From the NCBI GenBank assembly GCA_030054135.1, contig JASGCN010000002.1:21484-85483 (forward strand): a stretch of DNA of 64,000 bases, written 5' to 3'. The stretch comes from Alphaproteobacteria bacterium. GTDB lineage: Bacteria; Patescibacteriota; Minisyncoccia; Phycocordibacterales; JABAAK01. The notes beneath the pieces are model-generated. The model saw only the letters and a program-made list of their open reading frames with translations. It made no database searches and was not told the DNA's origin. Shown here in pieces: positions 1-8,419 of the stretch. How positions within the stretch are numbered: the first letter of the stretch is position 1; each line of letters starts with the position of its first letter. Made by a program: the position numbers and the translations under genes.

Positions 1-11
1 AAGTAAGTTAC

Positions 12-41
12 GCACACCGAAAGGTGTGCGTTTTTTTGTAT
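12..41 (+). terminator. Rho-independent terminator hairpin (CGCACACC-GAAA-GGTGTGCG + T7); copy 1 of a repeated terminator module followed by GTATAATTTTAGACAATTTT
   Basis: Perfect 8-bp stem, GAAA loop, 7 T run; identical module recurs at 706-752. Confidence 0.6.
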
Positions 42-190
42 AATTTTAGACAATTTTCGATACATATACACAGTGGAAATCTTTATTTTTTATTGTGAAT
101 ACAAGCGTATAATTAAGATACACGTGTCCCGGTCTCTCCGTCTCTCTGCAGACAAGAAAGACTGGGCACATTTATTTTAAAATTTTTCTG

Positions 191-219
191 TTGCTATTTT
201 AAGTTTTATAGGTATACTA
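191..219 (+). promoter_or_regulatory. Putative sigma70-type promoter TTGCTA-N16-TATACT upstream of small SD-led ORF
   Basis: Hexamers read directly from sequence; spacing 16. Confidence 0.3.
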
Positions 220-250
220 ATTATTAAATAATAAAATAAAGGAGAAAAAT

Positions 251-343
251 ATGATTTATAATCATAGATCCATGATTATAAATCATGGATCTTTACTTCG
301 CCCCACCCTTTCTTGCAAATTTTTTCATAAAATATCATTTTAG
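251..343 (+). CDS. 30-aa ORF (MIYNHRSMIINHGSLLRPTLSCKFFHKISF) with AAGGAG Shine-Dalgarno 6 nt upstream; coding DNA is itself palindromic (ATGATTTATAATCAT / ATGATTATAAATCAT)
   Basis: SD AAGGAG at 239-244, ATG 251; too short for the ORF track; no homology recognised. Confidence 0.2.
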   Translation: MIYNHRSMIINHGSLLRPTLSCKFFHKISF

Positions 344-421
344 ACACAAGTAAAAGGGATGGGGCATTTTATTTGTCAAAATTTTAGATTTTCATTATAT
401 ACAGCATACAGGGTGTATACA

Positions 422-450
422 TTGACAATCATGAGTTTTTAGTTTATAAT
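422..450 (+). promoter_or_regulatory. Canonical sigma70 promoter TTGACA-N17-TATAAT
   Basis: TTGACA 422-427, 17-nt spacer, TATAAT 445-450; followed by SD-led ORF at 483. Confidence 0.55.
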
Positions 451-482
451 TAATTAAATACATTAAAAAAGGAGATAAAAAA

Positions 483-701
483 ATGGAAGAAGAAAAACAA
501 TTTGTTATTACACCAGAAAAACTAAAAAAGTATGGCAATAGTATAATACGCCCTGATGACCCCCCCAAGGAGAAAGAAGCGGTATCTTCATCAGATGAAA
601 ACCCTTTCAAAAGATTTCTCGATGAATTTGATAAATCACCGGGGGGTCTAAAAAATTTTTTTGAGTTTCTTTTGAAACTCTCCCCACCGGAAAAGAAGTA
701 A
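483..701 (+). CDS. Hypothetical 72-aa acidic/lysine-rich protein, SD-led (AAGGAG 8 nt upstream of ATG)
   Basis: ORF track 483..701; strong SD at 469-474; terminator immediately downstream; no family recognised. Confidence 0.5.
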   Translation: MEEEKQFVITPEKLKKYGNSIIRPDDPPKEKEAVSSSDENPFKRFLDEFDKSPGGLKNFFEFLLKLSPPEKK

Positions 702-705
702 ATAT

Positions 706-735
706 CGCACACCGAAAGGTGTGCGTTTTTTTGTA
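706..735 (+). terminator. Rho-independent terminator, copy 2 of the repeated module (identical hairpin to 12-41)
   Basis: CGCACACCGAAAGGTGTGCGTTTTTTT followed by GTATAATTTTAGGCAATTTT. Confidence 0.6.
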
Positions 736-813
736 TAATTTTAGGCAATTTTAATGATGTGTGTGTGGGGGTTGTCTTTTTTTAAAAATGTGGATATTTG
801 TGTATTTTTTGTA

Positions 814-840
814 TTGCAATTTTAAAAATAGGTGTATAAT
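814..840 (+). promoter_or_regulatory. Putative promoter TTGCAA-N15-TG-TATAAT driving a short transcript
   Basis: TTGCAA 814-819; TGTATAAT 833-840. Confidence 0.4.
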
Positions 841-846
841 AAAGTA

Positions 847-920
847 AATCAACAAACAAAAGGAGGTGATCCGTCTACCCCTCTCTCCAAATTGTTAACA
901 ATTTGGAGAGAGGGGTTTTT
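847..920 (+). ncRNA. Candidate small RNA (~70 nt): single-stranded AAAGGAGGUGAUCC followed by 15-bp-stem intrinsic terminator (CCCCTCTCTCCAAATT-GTTAAC-AATTTGGAGAGAGGGG + T5)
   Basis: Promoter-to-terminator unit with no plausible ORF (only GTG directly abutting the AGGAGG, 10 codons); terminator 878-920. Confidence 0.3.
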
Positions 921-1008
921 ATTTTCAAAGTGTTATACAAATATGTCAAGCATCGTTTTTTCTATACATAGTTATATTTCAGTACAATTTATATTGGTAT
1001 AATTAAAT

Positions 1009-1743
1009 ATGAGCAGAGAAACACGTAGGAGTGGGGGACAACAAAAAAAAGAGAAGTTTGCAAGACAAAAAATAGAAAACATAATCAACCAAATAAAAAA
1101 AATAAATAGTGAAAATGGAGAAAAAAAATTTATTATTGTGTTAAAAGATACGAACCTGAATGTGTTGATATGCAAACAATTGATTTCAAAAAAATTATTT
1201 TCTGAAAATCATATAAAAATATTTCTACTCAATAAAAATTATATAGAAAATTATAATGCCATAGAAGCATTAATTAGAAATGAAAATATTATTCCCAGTG
1301 ATGCATTGGATACACTCATTGCACATGTAAATACAATTTTTTCTATAAGAACACAGATTAATAATCAAGATACAGATATTATTTTTTCATTTACGAATGC
1401 ATATATTAAAGCTAAGGAAACTAACCAATTTCCTCCATGTAAGTATTTAACATACTTGGATCCAATATTTATTAATGAATTAAAAAAAATACTGAATCAT
1501 ATTCCAGTATCTAGAAGTTTTTTGCGTCATCTTAATACACGCTTTTCGTTCATAAGACAAATTGCACAATTGAAATATGCCAGTGGCATTTCTGTTATTC
1601 AACGCGGTCGCAAAGATGAAGTATTAAAAAAATATACTGCAACCACAGACAAAATATTGCAACAAAAATTGAAAAAATTATATCTATTGATACACGAAAA
1701 ATCTGTACAATTGCAACATGACATTATCACAAGAAATAAATAG
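1009..1743 (+). CDS. Hypothetical protein (244 aa); leaderless-type start (TGGTATAAT 5 nt upstream of ATG)
   Basis: ORF track; -10 box at 998-1003; no family recognised. Confidence 0.55.
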   Translation: MSRETRRSGGQQKKEKFARQKIENIINQIKKINSENGEKKFIIVLKDTNLNVLICKQLISKKLFSENHIKIFLLNKNYIENYNAIEALIRNENIIPSDALDTLIAHVNTIFSIRTQINNQDTDIIFSFTNAYIKAKETNQFPPCKYLTYLDPIFINELKKILNHIPVSRSFLRHLNTRFSFIRQIAQLKYASGISVIQRGRKDEVLKKYTATTDKILQQKLKKLYLLIHEKSVQLQHDIITRNK

Positions 1744-1747
1744 ATAA

Positions 1748-2296
1748 TTAATTTTTATTTATTTTTAAATTGGCAGTGGTGATGAATTGACTGAAAAATT
1801 CACACCATATCACAATGCTTAGTGTTTCTGAAACAACATAATCAGAGGGAAGGGTAAAAATTTGCATACCACTATATTGTTTCACATCTGCAACGCGGAT
1901 AGCGTTTTTCTTATTTGTATTGAATTTTTCTTCTGTGTCTATATTGTGTTTCGGCACAAGATAGAGTTTATAATCTGGACCATTGGTTACTTTGAATGAA
2001 TCTGAAAAAATAATGTGGTGTGTGTCGTGTTGTTTCACAAGTGATACCCCTCCCCATCCACGATGTAATGCATCTGATCCTTCAGCATTAGGATTAAACA
2101 TACCTGTTGCAATAATTTGTATATCGTTTGCTACTGCTGTGCGACCATTTTTTATTGCATTCATTGTATTTTGAAGAATTGTACTTTGTTCAGAAGTTAT
2201 TTTTTGTTTTTCTGACATGTGTAGGGAAGCAAACCACACACCACCAATACCAAGTAGTATTAGTGTAAATACAATAGTGGTATGTGTAGCGCTCAT
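1748..2296 (-). CDS. Membrane-anchored DM13-domain protein
   Basis: N-terminal TM helix; HRGWGGVSL...FKVTNGPDYKLYLV resembles DM13 domain signature (GxG...NGPDLxVYL). Confidence 0.5.
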   Translation of the reverse strand: MSATHTTIVFTLILLGIGGVWFASLHMSEKQKITSEQSTILQNTMNAIKNGRTAVANDIQIIATGMFNPNAEGSDALHRGWGGVSLVKQHDTHHIIFSDSFKVTNGPDYKLYLVPKHNIDTEEKFNTNKKNAIRVADVKQYSGMQIFTLPSDYVVSETLSIVIWCEFFSQFITTANLKINKN

Positions 2297-2307
2297 ACTC
2301 TATTAGT

Positions 2308-2667
2308 TTATTTCGTAAACGAGAAAATATCGTCATCTAATCTTTTTTTTTGATCTAATTCCTTAAGTGCCGCGATATGTGCATATTGTTCTGGGTTTTC
2401 GCGATTTTTGATTAATAAGGATAGGGTTTCTTCTACAGTTAAATTCTTATTCTTTGCGTATATAAGAACCAACATATCATCCTGGTCTTCTTTTATTTTA
2501 TATTCAGTGGCACCTATATTGAATGATGTTGGTTTGATTTCATCTGGGTTAATTTTATTTTTCAGCAGAGTTGTTACTAATAAAAAAGTTTTTGCCGCAA
2601 CAAGTTGGCCATAAAAAAAGCTCTCTACTGCTTCTTGTGTTGTTTGTATTTTTGGTGCTTTTTCCAT
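2308..2667 (-). CDS. Hypothetical protein (119 aa)
   Basis: ORF track; TATAATTAAAT directly upstream of ATG on minus strand. Confidence 0.45.
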   Translation of the reverse strand: MEKAPKIQTTQEAVESFFYGQLVAAKTFLLVTTLLKNKINPDEIKPTSFNIGATEYKIKEDQDDMLVLIYAKNKNLTVEETLSLLIKNRENPEQYAHIAALKELDQKKRLDDDIFSFTK

Positions 2668-2791
2668 ATTTAATTATACAACATATTTTTATATAAAAAT
2701 GTGTTGTGGGGTTAATGTAAGTTAATTATTGAAAAAAACAAATTACACGACCAACAATAAAGAGAGGGTATACCTTTTTTATAACAAGATT

Positions 2792-3529
2792 TTAATTTAT
2801 AATCTCTAAAATGTGTTTTTGTGTGTGAAAGTATAGATCGGCACCTTTTTTATGAGTAGAAAATATGTCTGCGTTAATGGGTATTGATATACAATAACGA
2901 GGTTCATGTATATTTTTTACTAATCGGCCATATCCGACACATGTGCCTGAAATTTCTAAAAATTTTTCATACGATTGAATTTCGATACCGTGGGGGTTTG
3001 CTCGTGACGCGTGAATTACCGTATCTTCTGTAAGGTACATACCAACATGGTCAATCCCTTCAGGTATTTTTGTTCCTGGAATATACTCAACGCTTTCGTA
3101 ATATATGTTTCCTTTACCAGTGTTGGTAAACACCATGTCTCCATACACACAATCGTTTTTATTTTTTGGTTGGGGGATATTTTTTAAATTTTTAACATAG
3201 AGATATTTGTCTATTGAAATTGAAGGTATGTATATACCACGATACAGATATGAAACAAGCGAAGAACAAGAAAAAAAATTGGGAGCATCAAGGCGCATAT
3301 TGCTTGGATTTTTGTATTGAGCATTCAATACTACTGGTATACGCTTTTGTATTTCATTATACGGAGAAATGAGTTGGGTAGGGTAGTGGGCGTTTAACTT
3401 TTTTAGAGTGTGTTCTGTGTGTGTGCATGTGGATGTGTCTATGGATATATCGTAATTCATAGTATGAGTGTATTGTAGAATACTAGTATATGCAACACAA
3501 TAATACAAAAAAAGAATGCAAAAAAACAA
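2792..3529 (-). CDS. NlpC/P60-like (papain-fold) cell-wall peptidase family protein
   Basis: Cys...His...His arrangement: FFSCSSLVSYLYR, NDCVYGDMVF, IDHVGMYLTEDTVIHAS resembles NlpC/P60/DUF1287 motifs. Confidence 0.5.
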   Translation of the reverse strand: MFFCILFLYYCVAYTSILQYTHTMNYDISIDTSTCTHTEHTLKKLNAHYPTQLISPYNEIQKRIPVVLNAQYKNPSNMRLDAPNFFSCSSLVSYLYRGIYIPSISIDKYLYVKNLKNIPQPKNKNDCVYGDMVFTNTGKGNIYYESVEYIPGTKIPEGIDHVGMYLTEDTVIHASRANPHGIEIQSYEKFLEISGTCVGYGRLVKNIHEPRYCISIPINADIFSTHKKGADLYFHTQKHILEIIN

Positions 3530-3531
3530 AT

Positions 3532-3768
3532 ATGTGTCAGATGTGTCTTATGCCTGAAGAAAAAGATACAGGTGTTCGTGAACGGGCTGATTTTTGTAGC
3601 TATTGTTTTAAACATGGGAAGATACTTTTTAAAGGCACTAGAAAAGAATTTCAAACAATGGTGTATAAACAAATGCGTACCGATGGTGTTTCTTGGATTA
3701 TGGCACATGTGTATGCGTGGATGATACGCTTTGCGCCATATTGGCGAGGCAAACAAACAATTGACTAG
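3532..3768 (+). CDS. Putative zinc-ribbon protein (Zn_ribbon_2-like: CQMC...FCSYC)
   Basis: MCQMCLMPEEKDTGVRERADFCSYCFKHGKILF pattern matches putative zinc ribbon family; start chosen at internal ATG so it is divergent from 2792..3529. Confidence 0.5.
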   Translation: MCQMCLMPEEKDTGVRERADFCSYCFKHGKILFKGTRKEFQTMVYKQMRTDGVSWIMAHVYAWMIRFAPYWRGKQTID

Positions 3769-3881
3769 CTATTGATGAGTGGATGCCTTATACTACAGTT
3801 GTAAGAGATAACTACATTGTTACAATGTTGACGGTGCAAGTGAGCTTACGTTATTATTATTGATTTTGATATTTGATATTT

Positions 3882-4310
3882 ATGAACAAAAAATTATATG
3901 TCGGTGGTCTTGCGTGGGCAACTACTGACGAGTCATTACAAGCTTACTTTGCATCAGCAGGAGAAGTTGCTTCTGCTCGTGTAATTCGTGAACATGGGAC
4001 TAATCGTTCACGAGGATTTGGTTTTGTGGAAATGGCCGATGAGGCTGGCGCACAAAAAGCAATTGACACACTTAACAACACAGAACTTGATGGGCGCGCT
4101 ATTTCAGTTAATGAAGCTCGTCCTGAAGATCCTAATCGATCACAAGGTGGTGGTGGAGGCGGATACCGAGGCGGTGGCGGAGGTGGATATCGAGGCGGTG
4201 GCGGAAGCTACGGCGGAGGTTCACGCGGAGGCTACGGCGGAGGTTCACGCGGAAGCTACGGCGGAGGTGGCAATCGTTACGAAAACAAATCATCTAACGG
4301 AGGGTACTAA
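3882..4310 (+). CDS. Glycine-rich RNA-binding protein with RRM domain
   Basis: KLYVGGLAW...RGFGFVEM RNP2/RNP1 motifs; C-terminal GGGGGYRGGGGG repeats. Confidence 0.85.
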   Translation: MNKKLYVGGLAWATTDESLQAYFASAGEVASARVIREHGTNRSRGFGFVEMADEAGAQKAIDTLNNTELDGRAISVNEARPEDPNRSQGGGGGGYRGGGGGGYRGGGGSYGGGSRGGYGGGSRGSYGGGGNRYENKSSNGGY

Positions 4311-4336
4311 TAATAGTATTTGTTAGAGGTTTAGAA

Positions 4337-4378
4337 AAACAAACGCGCGGAAAGAATCTATTCTTTTCCGCGCGTTTG
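4337..4378 (+). terminator. Rho-independent terminator (AAACGCGCGGAAAGAAT...ATTCTTTTCCGCGCGTTT)
   Basis: Long perfect inverted repeat downstream of RRM gene. Confidence 0.55.
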
Positions 4379-4392
4379 TGCTATCATGGCAT

Positions 4393-4848
4393 ATGAACGA
4401 TTGGAAACAATTTACTGAAGAACAAAAAAAACAAAAACTTGCAGAAATGGATTCAGACACAATTGATGTTACACAACACGCGGGAACAGAAGCTCCATAT
4501 TCTCACCCATTGGATTCACATTATGAAAAAGGTATTTATGTTGATATTATTTCAGGAGAACCTCTTTTTTCATCAACGGATAAATTTAATAGTGGGTGTG
4601 GATGGCCTGCGTTTTCAAAACCAATTAATAAGGCAATGGTAAAGGCTATTAATGATACATCACACGGTATGCGACGCATAGAAGTGCGAAGTTCTGTTGC
4701 TGGTTCTCATTTGGGGCATGTGTTTGAAGACGGCCCTGAAGAATCAGGAGGGCTTCGATATTGTATCAACGGAACATCTCTTCGTTTTGTAAAATTTGAA
4801 GATATGGAGAAAGAAGGATACGGAGAGTATAAACAATTCGTTTCATAA
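4393..4848 (+). CDS. msrB: Peptide-methionine (R)-S-oxide reductase MsrB
   Basis: [27 protein letters not shown] conserved SelR motifs. Confidence 0.85.
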   Translation: MNDWKQFTEEQKKQKLAEMDSDTIDVTQHAGTEAPYSHPLDSHYEKGIYVDIISGEPLFSSTDKFNSGCGWPAFSKPINKAMVKAINDTSHGMRRIEVRSSVAGSHLGHVFEDGPEESGGLRYCINGTSLRFVKFEDMEKEGYGEYKQFVS

Positions 4849-4849
4849 T

Positions 4850-5407
4850 ATGACAGAAAAACTAATACTTGCAGGGGGTTGTTTTTGGTGTGTTGAAAGT
4901 GATCTAAAAAAAATTGATGGGGTTATGACTGTTACTAGTGGATACACTGGTGGAGATAAAAATCACGCAACCTATGAAGATGTATGCTCTCACAACACTA
5001 CTCACCGTGAAGCAGTGGAAGTGGTCTATGACAGTAGTAAAACATCTGCTAAACAAATTATTCAATTTTTTCTTGATCACATTGATCCAACAGACGGAGG
5101 AGGACAATTTGCAGATAGAGGACATCAATATGAGCCAGTGATTTATTACAAAGACGATGCAGAAAAACAAATTGCACACGAAGCACTGCAAGAACTTGAA
5201 GCAAGTGGTATTTATGAAAAACCTATCGCAGTGAAATTAGAAGAAGTAAAACCATTTTTTGAAGCCGAAGAATATCATCAAAATTATTCAGAAAAAAATA
5301 AAGGACACTATATGCTCTATCGCAAAGGAAGTGGAAGAGAAGATCAAGTGGCTCGAGTGTGTCAGATTCGTTTAGAAAAAGGAGTTGATTGGAAAGAGGT
5401 GAAGTAG
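4850..5407 (+). CDS. msrA: Peptide-methionine (S)-S-oxide reductase MsrA
   Basis: LAGGCFWCVE active-site motif; start set to MTEKL directly after msrB stop. Confidence 0.85.
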   Translation: MTEKLILAGGCFWCVESDLKKIDGVMTVTSGYTGGDKNHATYEDVCSHNTTHREAVEVVYDSSKTSAKQIIQFFLDHIDPTDGGGQFADRGHQYEPVIYYKDDAEKQIAHEALQELEASGIYEKPIAVKLEEVKPFFEAEEYHQNYSEKNKGHYMLYRKGSGREDQVARVCQIRLEKGVDWKEVK

Positions 5408-5429
5408 TTTTTAGTGGTATATTTTACAT

Positions 5430-6959
5430 ATGACAGAATATGTTTCACCACGAAGGCCCGTGCGTCCCAAACCAGAACCGGAGCCGCCTGCTCCTGTTGT
5501 ATTATCTGAACAAATACAAAGAATACCTGCGCCAGCATTTGAAAGTTCTAAGAAATTAAAAAGAAATAAAAACAGAAAACATAGATATTATTCTTTTGAA
5601 GATGAAAATAGATCGGTGAAATCTATTGATATTTTTCGCGGTATTATTGGAGAAAAAGAAGGCATTAATCAAGATGGATGGTTTTTTAATAAAAAATTTG
5701 GGATCTATGGAGTTTTTGATGGTGTATCAATAAGTTCTGGAGATCGTCCTAGTCAGGCACATGATTTAGTAAAAAAATTCTCTACATATATTAGTACAGA
5801 TACCACATTGGCAGAATGCGGATTTAAACCAGATGAAGAAACAATGACTGCAGATGAAGTTCGCAATGCATTTAATTTATTATATGAAAAATTTATTAGT
5901 TCTAATCAGAGTACATTTCTTCTTTCTCAAAAAAACCACTTTACCATATCATGTGTGCGAATTGGAGAACCGATAACAGCAATACATATGGGGGATTCGC
6001 AGGCGTATGTGCATTCACCGTCTTCAGATATTCATCCACTTAACGGGTATCGATATTTTCAAGCTCCACATACACCAGCACTGTTTAATACTTTACCACG
6101 AGATGTTGCATTTATTGATATTGAACGAGGTTCACAAGAAACTAAACAAAAAATAAAAGACATTATATCTGATTCGTATCTTCATATAAAACAGATTCCA
6201 AGAGATGATGTAGGTGGTATTGTTCTTACAACGGATGGCATAACAGATAATATAAAAAAAATTAACATGCAAGAATTTATCCAGGATTTCCAGCATTGGT
6301 TTGGAAACAGATATTTTTCGACGTCTTTTTTGATTGATAACAAAACAATTTCCAAAGAAGAAATAGAAGGTGTGGCAGATGAGTGGAAACATTTTTGGGG
6401 AGAAAGAAACAGAGAAGAGTCTGATTTTATGGGAAATATGATTTATGATATATGTGAAGAATTTAGTAAGCGATTCCATGCTATGCAAAAAGAAAATGAA
6501 AAAGGAGACTATGTAGATCTTTCTAATGAAATTTCAAATACCATGTATAGATATACCAACTTGCTTAAGGAAAAAAATATACCATTAGAGCATGGAAAGC
6601 TACATTTCATTAATTTATGTAGTACGGCATATGATTTTCTTGAGAAAAATCAAAATACATCTGTGGCTACTATAGTAGATGAATTTTTAGAAGAGCGATA
6701 TATGTATATGCCGACTAAGCATTCTAATATAAAATTTTTATTGAAAGAAGTGATGGCACCATTATTTTTGGTGTACTTTGGATTTGTGCATGAAACATTT
6801 ATACAACAAGAAAATGTTTTGAAGATATATGCTTCTAAAACAAAAGAGCTCCCCAAGAATGAAACAGTATGGAATAATTTTTTTAATGAATTAGAAAAGA
6901 ATCCACTAAAACCTGATGATGCAACATTGATGTATATTGGACTTAAATCTAAACAGTGA
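5430..6959 (+). CDS. PP2C/SpoIIE-like Ser/Thr phosphatase domain protein with Pro-rich N-terminus and ~230-aa C-terminal extension
   Basis: IYGVFDGVSISSGD, MGDSQAYV, LTTDGITDNI resemble PP2C motifs; N-term RRPVRPKPEPEPPAP. Confidence 0.45.
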   Translation: MTEYVSPRRPVRPKPEPEPPAPVVLSEQIQRIPAPAFESSKKLKRNKNRKHRYYSFEDENRSVKSIDIFRGIIGEKEGINQDGWFFNKKFGIYGVFDGVSISSGDRPSQAHDLVKKFSTYISTDTTLAECGFKPDEETMTADEVRNAFNLLYEKFISSNQSTFLLSQKNHFTISCVRIGEPITAIHMGDSQAYVHSPSSDIHPLNGYRYFQAPHTPALFNTLPRDVAFIDIERGSQETKQKIKDIISDSYLHIKQIPRDDVGGIVLTTDGITDNIKKINMQEFIQDFQHWFGNRYFSTSFLIDNKTISKEEIEGVADEWKHFWGERNREESDFMGNMIYDICEEFSKRFHAMQKENEKGDYVDLSNEISNTMYRYTNLLKEKNIPLEHGKLHFINLCSTAYDFLEKNQNTSVATIVDEFLEERYMYMPTKHSNIKFLLKEVMAPLFLVYFGFVHETFIQQENVLKIYASKTKELPKNETVWNNFFNELEKNPLKPDDATLMYIGLKSKQ

Positions 6960-7000
6960 TAGCATGTGTACGAAAAAGTATTTTACTGTTATAGTAGAGT

Positions 7001-8413
7001 ATGAAATACCATTTTATTGGTGTGGCAGGTTTAGGTATGAGTGGGGTTGCAAAACTTATTCTTGATGCAGGGCACACAGTGACAGGAAGTGATAGCGCAC
7101 ATGTATATCCACCAGCCTCAGATTATTTAGAGGAACATACTATATCATATGTATTTCCATACGCGAGAAAAAATATTCCTCATGATGTTGATTGTATCGT
7201 GATAGGTAAGTCAGCCGGTCTTGTTCCTGAAACAAATGATGAAGTGGCGTATGCGTATGAATTAAAAGAAAAAGGAGTCAATGTTTTTTCATTTCCTGAA
7301 GTGTTGAATATACTTACGAAAAATAAAACTGAAAGCATTGTCGTTGCAGGAAGTTTTGGTAAATCAACATGTTCTGCTCTCATTGCATGGTGTTTGCAAA
7401 GTTCTGGGGTCGATACGGGATATTTTATTGGAGCGTCAACAAAAACCCCAAAAGTGAATGTCGCTATTGGGAGCACTAATCATTTTGTCTTTGAAGGAGA
7501 TGAATATCCAACATCAAATTGGGATAATCGCCCAAAATTTTTACATTATCACCCACGCTATGTATTTCTCACAGCTCTTGCGCACGATCATATTAATATA
7601 TATCCAACACATGAAGAGTATATCGCACAATTTAAATCACTCATTGATATTCTTCCAGATGATGGTATGTGTTTTGTTTGTATTGATGATGAAACAAATA
7701 GAAAAACAACTTGGTTTACACATGCAGTTACTTATGGATTTTCCACAGATGCAGATTATGTTGGTTCCTATGTGTCACAAGGTGTAAAAAATATAATTAC
7801 TATTACACACAAAGGAGAAACACTTGGCACATTTGAAACTTCACTATTAGGTAAGCATAATGCCCAAAATATTATTGGGTGTGTCTCATTTCTTTTGCAT
7901 ACAAAAAAAATTACCATACAACAAGCACAGCATGCGGTTGCAACATTTGAAGCACTCACCAGACGATTGGATCTAAAAAGCAAAAAAACTCGTATTCCTA
8001 TATATGAAGGATTTGGCTCTTCGGATGAAAAAACTCGCTCTGCGGTGTATGCCATGAAAGAGCACTTTCCAGATAAAAAATTGTTTGTCGTGTTTGAACC
8101 GCATACTTTTTCTTGGCGGGATCCGAATGCGGTGCATTGGTATGACACTTCTTTTGAAGGTGCGCACGCTGTATATGTTTACACCGACCCAACACATCAC
8201 CTCACAGGACAAAAATTATCTCTTGAAGAGATTGTTCATCGTATACAAAAAACAAACATAATATCTTTTGGATTTAGAGAAACAGAACCAATGATCTCAA
8301 CGCTTACTCGAGAGATTGGGGATGATTCAGTTGTGTTGTTCCTTTCTTCTGGTGCATTGGGAGGATGCATACCACAGTGCGTTGCTATCATAGAAAAAAT
8401 GTTTCCTATATAA
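7001..8413 (+). CDS. Mur ligase family protein, MurC/Mpl-like (UDP-N-acetylmuramate ligase)
   Basis: N-term HFIGVAGLGMSGVA; P-loop GSFGKST; FEGDEYPTSNWDNRPKFLHYHPRYVFLTALAHDH resembles Mpl/MurC central motif. Confidence 0.7.
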   Translation: MKYHFIGVAGLGMSGVAKLILDAGHTVTGSDSAHVYPPASDYLEEHTISYVFPYARKNIPHDVDCIVIGKSAGLVPETNDEVAYAYELKEKGVNVFSFPEVLNILTKNKTESIVVAGSFGKSTCSALIAWCLQSSGVDTGYFIGASTKTPKVNVAIGSTNHFVFEGDEYPTSNWDNRPKFLHYHPRYVFLTALAHDHINIYPTHEEYIAQFKSLIDILPDDGMCFVCIDDETNRKTTWFTHAVTYGFSTDADYVGSYVSQGVKNIITITHKGETLGTFETSLLGKHNAQNIIGCVSFLLHTKKITIQQAQHAVATFEALTRRLDLKSKKTRIPIYEGFGSSDEKTRSAVYAMKEHFPDKKLFVVFEPHTFSWRDPNAVHWYDTSFEGAHAVYVYTDPTHHLTGQKLSLEEIVHRIQKTNIISFGFRETEPMISTLTREIGDDSVVLFLSSGALGGCIPQCVAIIEKMFPI

Positions 8414-8419
8414 TAAAAT

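Noticed and set aside
395-748. 117-aa minus-strand ORF
   Set aside because: It is antisense to the SD-led 72-aa ORF and runs across the terminator hairpin, with no start signals. It is probably spurious.
857-872. AAAGGAGGTGATCC as a fragment of an rRNA 3' end on the minus strand (rRNA pseudogene remnant)
   Set aside because: Flanking sequence on the minus strand (GGGTAGAC upstream) does not resemble the h45/CUGCGGCUGGAUCA context of a 16S gene. Only the 14-mer matches, so it is treated as an independent motif.
3457-3756. 99-aa minus-strand ORF overlapping the zinc-ribbon gene
   Set aside because: It is antisense to an ORF with a recognisable Zn-ribbon motif, and its composition looks like low-complexity antisense translation.
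3988-4326. 112-aa +2-frame ORF overlapping the RRM/glycine-rich gene
   Set aside because: It is an alternative frame through the GGC-repeat region. The RRM frame has clear RNP motifs.
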